A stretch of DNA of 64,000 nt from Phallusia mammillata (taxonomy: Eukaryota): NCBI GenBank assembly GCA_965637545.1, contig OZ281501.1:14012001-14076000 (forward strand). Reading direction: 5' to 3'. Within the stretch, counting starts at the first letter, position 1, and every line of letters begins with the position of its first letter. Position numbers and translations under genes: made by a program. Below the pieces are notes generated by a model. It ran no database searches. It worked only from the letters and a program-made list of their open reading frames with translations, and was not told where the DNA came from. Of this stretch, positions 25,401-64,000 are shown piece after piece.

Positions 25401-28165
25401 TGTCATATTGAAAGGCGGCAAAGTTTGGCAGTGCCAAGGATAATATATGATTGGTTATGTGTGGTACAAACAATACTTAAATGAGGACCTAGTATGGCGG
25501 AAAACCGGGCCGTCATACGTGGTTATTATCTTAGGCCGAGCGTACGGCGTCGTGTATGAACCAAACATAACTGGAACGTTCGGCGCCAAGCTCGAAGTGT
25601 TTCATTGTTGAACATACGCCACACATATATGCCAACTTAAGCAAGGCACCCAGGTGCCGCCCATGTGAGGCTGCCAAGCGTTACCAAACATAATTATGCT
25701 TGGCCCGGACATAAATTTTTGACTGGGTCCTGTTACATTACGCAATAGATAAAAAGCTGTGAAAACCGCATCTCGAAAAAGCTATAAAAAGCGTATTAAG
25801 TTGTTTGCAACGTTGTTTTTTTCGTACTCACCAAGGTATACTGAGGTTTAAATAGTTGATCTACTCAAGTTTACACGTAGTTACCTGGTGAAAATGTTCC
25901 ATCTCCGTTCTCGTATCCAATGATGTCGCAAAATTTTTTCAGTAAAACTCTTTCCATTAAAACAAAAACTGGAGCGACTTCATATGTGTATCTAAACAAA
26001 TCAGCCAGGAGTTAAACGAATTTTTCAAACTGATAATGCTTGTTTTAATCAATGATATTGATCAGAATGCTTTCGCAATTTACTTAAAGTAGAGTGAATA
26101 CAAATACTTTAGGCAGTAAGTTATAATCTATAAAGATGACCACTCTGTAAAATATCCTGCAGTGATTGCTTTTATTTCAATATGAGTCGATTATGATTTT
26201 CTTTTTGTAAATAGAGTCCATATTTATTAAAAGTCTTTGCGTTAGTTTTCTAGTTATTTTACTTACATAGATGGGTTAAGTACATCGGTCATAATTTGTC
26301 CAACAAAACCGTACGGATCAAGTCCCGCATAAAGTTGGTTAAAAAAGTGTGGGTGACCTGAAATTTGAAACATCTTCATTATTACGACTTATATGGTGAT
26401 GATTTGCCTAACCATACAGTAAACATGCTTATCGCTGCAAAAAACGGCCATTTGGCCCAATGAAAATTGTTTTTGTTGTTGTAGGGTTACGACGTTTTGT
26501 TATGAGTGGTTGTTAGCAGCAAATTGGTGTTTCATCTCTTTAGTTAGAAATTAGTTTGCGCACGGACCTGTCAAGTTTACTTTGTCAGGCCGAACTTTCA
26601 GGGTCGGGTTCGGTCTTATAAGTTAAAAATATACGGACTTAATTCACCCCAACTTCACACACTGCACTTGCTTAAAACCGGGCCGGGTTTTGGGCTATTA
26701 CTTTCGTGCGGGGTTCGGGACCCTATTTCGGGCCTCTACACTTTTTCACAATAAGCAGAAATTGTTCCTATCGTGCCGAGGGGAATCACCGAATCACACA
26801 ATTCATATTGGTAGTGCATACATAAGAATGTGGTGGGTTTGTCGCTATCGTGTGCTTTTAGCGAGGTCTGACTGACGGTAGAGCTACTAACACCATAACG
26901 AGAATCAGAACTTCGCTTTCACAAGGGGGCGTAAAGAGCTGAATTTTTATTTAGCGGCTATAAATGGTTTGGGTTGGGAAATATTTACATAAAATTTTTC
27001 CATTAATAACTAATGTTTTGGGTTAGTTTTATTGAATTTTAAGTGCTAATACCTTACCTTGACCCTAATAGCCCTAACCGTGAGCATTTTTGGAGATATA
27101 CCCAATCAAATTTGGGGGTAGATTCTCATTATGGTGTTAGTAGCTCTACCCTGACTGACAGACTTTGTGATTGCTAAGTTGCCGGCCGGTCTACAAAGCA
27201 GAACATGTTTAACCGTTAACTAAGGAAGTTCAGCAACGAAATGATGAAAGAAATCACGCGTTCATTTTATTACTTGTTGTTTCCCAGACTGGGCAACTTG
27301 CAAATTTTAATGGCGTGGTTTACGAACCCGGATGCACTCTGGTCAATCATTTCGGTTTCGAGAAATGCGTTGTTGTGTTTTGGTCTTTACAGTCATGATG
27401 ATTTGCACTTATCAGCCGTTTTTACGTCTCTTATAACTGAATAGATTGCATCACCACTTAGAGGTCTAAGTGTCTGAATGATGAGGCAATCTTTTCAGTT
27501 GAAAGCAGAAGCTGGAAATTTACCAGCTTACGTGACCGTTATCACGTTGTTTATTTTCGCCGAAATCTTTTCACAACATACCAAGGTTAACTGGATGTCA
27601 AGTCATTTTTCAACGCCAAGAGGTATGCTGCCTGGGATGGCAATGCAACAAACGTGGTTGTAATATTCTCCAACTTAAACGTTGCATATACAAGTATTGA
27701 GCTATTACATGACTATTCAGCTCACACAAAAAAACTGTAACTTTGCGTCTTTAGTCCACTAGGAACTATTCTTGGATGAATATATACGTTCCTGTAGTTG
27801 TTTAACGAGCTTTGTATACTAAACCGTTAAAGAATTGTCAAAAATATGAAAGTTTAACGCAACAAACCTGTTTTTACGCTGTAGTCAAAAACTTGCTGGC
27901 ACAACTGCAATAACATTTCATGATTCTCCGGTTCATCGTAAACTTTAAGATCAATACATTTCTCCAGTTCGTTCGGGGTTTTGAAGTTTATCACTGGGGT
28001 CTTGCGATCCTTTATTTTCTCAAGTCCCTCTCTTATGGTCAGTTCCAGTGCTTTTTGTACAAACTTGTCAACGTCGTCCACAACTCCGTTTGTTGTTTTG
28101 AAATGTTTTAACTGCTCCAACGAATCGCCGTTGCATTGCGCATTGCTGTAGCCGTTTGTGGCCAT
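19416..28165 (-). CDS. GADL1: Acidic amino acid decarboxylase, GADL1/CSAD type (PLP-dependent group II)
   Basis: Ten coding exons: 28165-27868, 26357-26267, 25991-25885, 21743-21493, 21379-21263, 21091-21027, 20936-20858, 20695-20582, 20239-20099, 19688-19416; all phases consistent. Motifs [50 protein letters not shown] (PLP lysine), YLFQQDK, QCGRKVD, GYQP..NFFR. Symbol denotes closest type, not proven orthology. Confidence 0.9.
23000..24406 (+). CDS. Intact 5-exon transposon-borne gene, ~304 aa, DUF4806-like accessory protein
   Basis: Exons 23000-23207, 23264-23399, 23576-23792, 23957-24137 and 24234-24406 (915 nt) splice in frame with canonical GT-AG. N-terminal FVCVKY..DVVP..WL..C.WPP, central coiled-coil-like stretch, KFSWSG and C-terminal DWDGG resemble DUF4806 proteins (recognised from memory, needs HMM check). 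Start codon uncertain (23000 or 23021). Confidence 0.7.
24440..25327. repeat. 34-bp tandem array, about 25 units
   Basis: Consensus TGTGTGTCTTATGCTTTGCACAGGCCATCTAAAC; period confirmed (CCATCT at 24871 and 24905); two units carry the same 9-bp insertion CACTCTTAT (~24646 and ~25199). Confidence 0.95.
26585..26740. repeat. Degenerate copy of the GGGTTCGGG-rich MITE family
   Basis: Shares GGGTCGGGTTCGG / CCGGGCCGGGTTTTGGGCT / TATTTCGGGCC motifs with 49269-49535 and 8011-8214; termini lost. Confidence 0.45.
26877..27150. mobile_element. MITE with 30-bp TIR and 9-bp TSD (Merlin- or Mutator-type)
   Basis: TIR GGTAGAGCTACTAACACCATAA(C/T)GAGAATC (1 mismatch); perfect TSD ctgactgac at 26868-26876 and 27151-27159. 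Confidence 0.9.
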
Positions 28166-30966
28166 GTTTTTTTAATCTAATGTTCCTAAAAAACCAACAT
28201 TGCAAAACATATGTCATTGTTACCTTAACAAGACACGAAAAGTTGGCTTCAAACATATTTTTGCATCAGTGAATTTTCTTCCCCTGCAAAATAGTCTACT
28301 TCCAATTTACACATGTCAAATTTCTAACTTAACAGACTTTTTAACCTTACATATGAGCCGATAGCTAACGCTATTAAAAACAGTGGTAGGTACAAAAATT
28401 CAGCCCAATTTGTCTATAAACCGTTTGTTGGGGGGTACACTGATCTCAGAAGTTTGTACATTTCATAGTAAAATCCTTACCTTGCCTTCATTTCAAATCT
28501 TTCCTATGCTTTTCAATCTTACCTAATTTCTAACCAAGTCAGATACTAGGCGCACGCCACTATAATTCAAACGATATCAATTAAGGGTTGCCTCACCGGG
28601 GCATAAGCCTGAGATTTCTTGCGACAGCCACCGGAAACGTGGGTCTTCCCCCTCATTGCGCGCTTGGTTACTCATGCGCGAAGAGGTGGAAAAGTGACTT
28701 GGCAAATAAATTTCTGGCAAAGATGACTTTCGGTTTTGAAAATAAATAAACATATCACGAAAGACGTACCATTAGACATATGTCAGTTTTTTAAAGACTT
28801 TTGAATTTCGAATACGTCTCTAAAATTTAGTGTTTATTTTTTGTGCGCCCATTGATCTGTTTTGTAACCCTTTAATTAAACGGCAGTGAACACAAACTAT
28901 TGACTTGCGTATATATCAGTGCTTCTTTAACATTTTGCCAACTCGCTGTTTCTTTACCGAAAAAGTAGCCACGAAGAGAGCTTTAGCGATTAAAGACAAA
29001 AAATTCCATTTCAGTATGTTTAAAATTTAGTTTGTGACTGAATCCCTTTGCAAAGTTTATACTGTCCAGCTCACACATATAGTGCATACATCTGCTGTAA
29101 TAACGTGATTTGCTTTGTGTTTCTCTGTGACACAATATTACTTTAATTCTTTCATGTATTTTACCATCAGCAGAAAGTCTTTCGCTATTTTATCACTGCA
29201 AATAAACTGCGCGGTTTTTCTTAATTGAAGAAATAAATATACACGCAATCTACTTTACGTGTTTGGGGTAAAATGCGTATTTTAGAATAGAAACTACGTC
29301 TGAAAACTGCAGATTTAGATTTGTGGTTCAAATTATCTAACTGCGACACTCTTGTTCTGCTATATAAGGTAAATCAGCATTTCTGCTACATAAGGTAGAA
29401 TTGTGCCAACCAAATTTATTGCAAAACCATATGTAGGAAGTAATTTGAAACCGCTTTCCTCGCGAACGAACTCTTCCCGTCGCAAACAGACGGATTTCAC
29501 CAGCAAAGTCCCGGTTATATGTTCGCCTGCACGGTAGCCTGCCTTCTTTGCACCGTCAATGCAATCAATACACCACCCACTTCGAACTAATTTAACGACA
29601 CTTTGGTTTGGGCGGTAATTATACCAACGTTATGTCTTTTACATCTGACACAGTTTTATAGAAAACGTTTAAGAAGATATGGCTGACCCCGTATCCTAAA
29701 ATTATCCCTATTTTTAACTTTTGTCCTTGTTTTGTGTCAGTTTTGTCCACCGGAAATAGGTTATTTATAGGATAATCTTGCTGTTGAAATTCAGAAATTC
29801 ACCATTGGTAAATATTAAAAATAAATTATATGTCACATTCGGCATTTTTTTTCCTTCGAAATGTATTTTGCCTCAAAAAATCTTTTCGTCGTCATTTTGC
29901 TTCAGAACAATTACATACCTCGATACACGACTGTGTTTGTTAATATGTTTAGGTCTCCTGCCAAAGTTTTCTCATTTCGTGCGTCTGTGTAAATACGCAA
30001 GTCGGGGACCACTGTGGACCGTATATCAAACTGTACGCTGTGGTCGTACACCGATACCACATCGCGTATTGCGAAGCTCTGACTGTTTTTGCTGGTTACA
30101 GATATTAGTATCTTGGAAGCGAATATGTTGGACGCGTTCGCGGACCTACGAAAACATTTCACCGACTTATATAAATAAACAGCATACTCGGGATTAAGAA
30201 ACACGGTTGCAAGAAAATACCACGTAATGCTCTTGACACTAAAAAATGTGCAGATGCGAAAAGTGCTGTTTTTCGATGATAATATTTTTCAGCTTTAAAG
30301 CACCAAAAGACTGGCACAATGCACCGGCTGTACTGTGAATGTTCATCAGTCGGCAATTCTTTTCAGTCCTAAGAGCGCCCTAGAGCCAATCAGCGAATTT
30401 TAGCTGAAACAGTACCTGAAACAATTGCATCATCAAGATGGTCGTTTAGATTCAATCGATACCTTTGTTCAATCAAGACGATTCTCGGGGTGATTTCCCT
30501 TGGGGTTTCAGCGCGTTAATTTGACCCTATTCAAAAAATCGATTCGAACATTTGCTCAGATAAAATGTGTTGTCACTTGGTTAAGTGACCTAACCAATGA
30601 AAAACCTGAAATTCACGTGGGACTTTCTTCCCAATGACCCTAAATGGAAAACGGTGTTTATTGTTCTAAATGCCAATAACATAAGGCAACAATAGTGATG
30701 TCATTTGCTTGTGACACCTGACATAAAAGGATGATTTTACTGTGGCTCAAGTCAGGATTTGGAGAGAAAAATCAATCACGCTTGTTGCTGTTTTTATTCA
30801 TCAAGCCTCTTTTATAAATGTAAAGTATGGCTACGTTACGAAAAACAACAATAAGAAATCGGCATGATATCAAACATACTTAGTGCTCATACCACGAAAA
30901 ATTGCAAATATAGATACTTTATTAAAGCTTTCAAATACATTTAAGCATCACAAATCATTAAAATCA

Positions 30967-61301
<30,335 letters not shown>

Positions 61302-61454
61302 GACTGTCACTTGTTTGCAACTTGTTACAACAACATTTTAAACCTACTACACTAGAAAACAAACGTAAAACAAATTCGTTTTGGAAAATAGTACGTCACA
61401 AAAAAACTAAGTACTGCAAACTAAAATGTTAGGACCATCTGTAATAAATTTGCA

Positions 61455-61831
61455 TACGGTCGGTCAAAACATTTCGGTAGAATACGCCGTTTTGTCGAAG
61501 TTTCTGTTTTGGCCCGAACTTTGTTTGAAAATTCGGCCAAACCCAAACTTTTTGATTGTACGAATTTAATGGTTAAAGTTCGACAATCGACCAATCAAAA
61601 ACTTACGTATTAAGCAAACGTTGCATTAACAAAACAGGAGCGATATTGTCTGCATATTACAAGGCACTGCATTCATATTGCGTTTCATTTTTTAAATGTT
61701 TGCATTAACAACGTACGCACCAGTTCAAAACATCCATAAGAAACGAAATTTTAGGTTCGGCCTAATTCGGCCAAATATATTAGGCCTTTAGACCAAAACT
61801 TTGTTGCAGGTTCGGCGTAGGTCCATCACTA
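61455..61831. repeat. Degenerate TTCGGCC-rich repeat relic ending CCATCACTA
   Basis: Repeated TTCGG/TTCGGCC motifs and a TAGTGATGG-type terminus on the right; left end not resolved. Confidence 0.35.
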
Positions 61832-63768
61832 ATGCTAATTTAGCTGTTTGATCACACAAACACCTACAAACGAGTATCGAGCAAAGTTGCAATCAGAAAC
61901 AAGGTCATTTCAAGACAAAACAAGTTAACAAGCAATCTCAGCCCGAAGTAAATACTTTTGAGTTGTCTACATGATTTCTGCTATACTTAACACGTACTTT
62001 ACAAGACTTGCTGTGTTAGACGAGCGTTGGCTCGCAGTCTACTGTTCTTATTAAATTCAACACCACAGAATATTGCAACCTGAAAACATTTTTTAGATTG
62101 TAAGTGCAAACCACTGAGACTTTTATTGCCTTGGTATGAACTGAGATCAAGTACTATTACGTACACATACTGAGATGCCACTTTCTATTTTCTAGTCGTC
62201 TTAGTAATCTCTGCGAGCAAAATATAAGTTGCCAGTTCTATAGTGCTGGTGTCACTGTCCAACATAAACTGATGTGCAAGTTTACAACTTGGTCTGTGTA
62301 CGTTTGTAGACATTATCACTTTTAGCCGGCTATTGCAATTAATAAAGCGGTCTGATCTTGTTGCTTAGACCTGTCGACAACAACATACATCACACTTCAT
62401 TACCATGGCTGGAATACAAATTAAATCTATGCTTACTGCTTCATGTATTATCGTCTTACATGTGCTATTTGCTCTGTTAAAGAGATAAAAAGAAATCTTT
62501 CGCAGAAGTAAAATTAATTTAATTCTCAATTTAAAGTTTAATAAACTAATCAATACACATCACAGTTGAAATTAAAATACCTGCATGGAAAAAGGCCCAG
62601 TAATAATGGCTACTGCCTTTCACCCGAAAGGTTGCTGATTCTAACCACACCTGCTCTTAGTTGTGTCGGGGTGCAAAAAGATTTGGCGAAAAGAATAAAA
62701 AAACGTTATTATCACACCTCTACGAAAACGCAACAAAATTGATTTAAAAAAAATAACAAAAAATTAATTCCGTAAAATCGACAGGTTCCTATTATTTAAA
62801 CTGCATGGTGAAATGCTTTTTGAAAGCTTCGTCACCATAACGTATGGGTCAATTGCTTTGTCCTATCAGAGACTGCAAAACATGCACTGGCAAATTTACT
62901 TATGGGTAAGATACACGCCGAAAGAATTCCTTTGGGAGTATGGAGTACTGTGGCTGGTTTATTTAATTTAACGAACGTTGCTTACACTTTGTCATATCAT
63001 GGCGGAAAGTGACAGTAAAAATACGATGTTGTGTTCCGTCTTTATTCCTACCGAAAACAGTAAGATTTTACAAATGTAGACAGTATAAGCCCACAGTTTA
63101 GGCTTCGAATTCAAAGCTGTTTTTTGAATAATTTTGGCAAGTTAGGTGGGTTTGTTTGAACTAATTTTGCATGATTAAGTCACCAGCATTACACGACGTA
63201 GCTTTACTATACTTTATTGTCTAAAATTAGGCACCGTTTAATTAGAGTTACGCTTGTAATTTTTCACTGCACTAACCGCGCGCAAACTTCCTAAACACCC
63301 TCACTAATTGCTGATTTGACTCTCAGTTTCTGGATTATTATAAAAGCCAATACACATATCCCTACCTTTGCAGTGCACGAATCAAGTAACCTTAACAAGA
63401 CAGCATGGACATTTTAACCTTGCTGCATATGGCTTTAACGATCGCCTAAATCCCATGAGCCCAAATGCAATGCCACAACCTGAAGCAACGACAATTGAAC
63501 TTAAGGAATAGCTGGCCGAGATGGTCCTTGGTTTGACGCAGGATATAACTCTCCCGGGTATATAAGCGTGTTGTGTATCAGACCTTATCTATACTCGCTT
63601 GACAACTAGGGAGACTCTGATAGCTTGAGTTGTTTGCTGTGCCAGACTGCATTAATGCCTGCTCATCGCGAAGGGACGGGTATATTTGAGGAATTTGCTA
63701 ATCTAATAGAATTATGGAAAGGACTTTTGACCAAAGTTTACTAAACACAAAATATGAAATTAAGATTC

Positions 63769-63825
63769 GAACACGACATTTTGTTTTGAGAATCGTTGAA
63801 CACGACATTTTGTTTTGAGAATCGT
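63769..63825. repeat. 29-bp tandem duplication
   Basis: GAACACGACATTTTGTTTTGAGAATCGT occurs twice, adjacent. Confidence 0.9.
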
Positions 63826-64000
63826 AAATAGGTGCATCAGTTACAAAGGATCGTATTGCAAGAAAAATCTGTTTATTTGAGGGCTTGCAAACCCTGCTTT
63901 AATTATTCCAAACCTGGCGAGTCTGGTGTTTTTAGTTTCACCTGTTGCAAACTATAACTTACACTGGCTAAATTTCCAAACTACACTCACAAAAAGAAAC

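Larger units (their letters stand above)
21978..25727. mobile_element. Non-autonomous CACTA/EnSpm (CMC)-like DNA transposon, 3750 bp, in a GADL1 intron
   Basis: 15-bp perfect TIR CCCAGTCAAAAATTT; 2-bp TSD TC on both sides; inner 12-bp inverted repeat CGCCATACTAGG (22117-22128) / CCTAGTATGGCG (25488-25499). CCC-type termini with a 2-bp TSD fit animal EnSpm elements. Confidence 0.8.

Noticed and set aside
29778-30204. Overlapping 139-aa (+) and 97-aa (-) ORFs between GADL1 and the kinase 3' end
   Set aside because: No domain recognised and no convincing splice structure; left unannotated.

Overview
AT-rich, intron-dense eukaryotic (animal) DNA. The short GT-AG introns and gene set suggest a compact invertebrate chordate such as an ascidian, but this is inference. 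Left to right: (1) the 5' part of a FET-family (FUS/EWS/TAF15-like) gene on the minus strand, running off the left edge; (2) about 7 kb of intergenic DNA; (3) a 4-exon beta-microseminoprotein (MSMB/PSP94)-like gene (+) with a ~77-aa insertion; (4) a convergent 3-exon Ly6/three-finger GPI-anchored gene (-); (5) a GADL1/CSAD-type PLP decarboxylase (-), one intron of which holds a 3.75-kb CACTA/EnSpm-like element carrying an intact antisense 5-exon gene and a 34-bp tandem array; (6) a ~30-kb minus-strand MLCK/SPEG/obscurin-like gene with the layout Ig - long linker - active CAMK kinase - Ig - Ig - pseudokinase - Ig - FN3, plus candidate internal first exons. Many MITEs with identifiable TIRs and TSDs (hAT 8-bp, one 9-bp) are scattered through introns. 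I found no CRISPR array, rRNA or tRNA. All exon calls were made by eye from splice signals and frame continuity; no database search was run.
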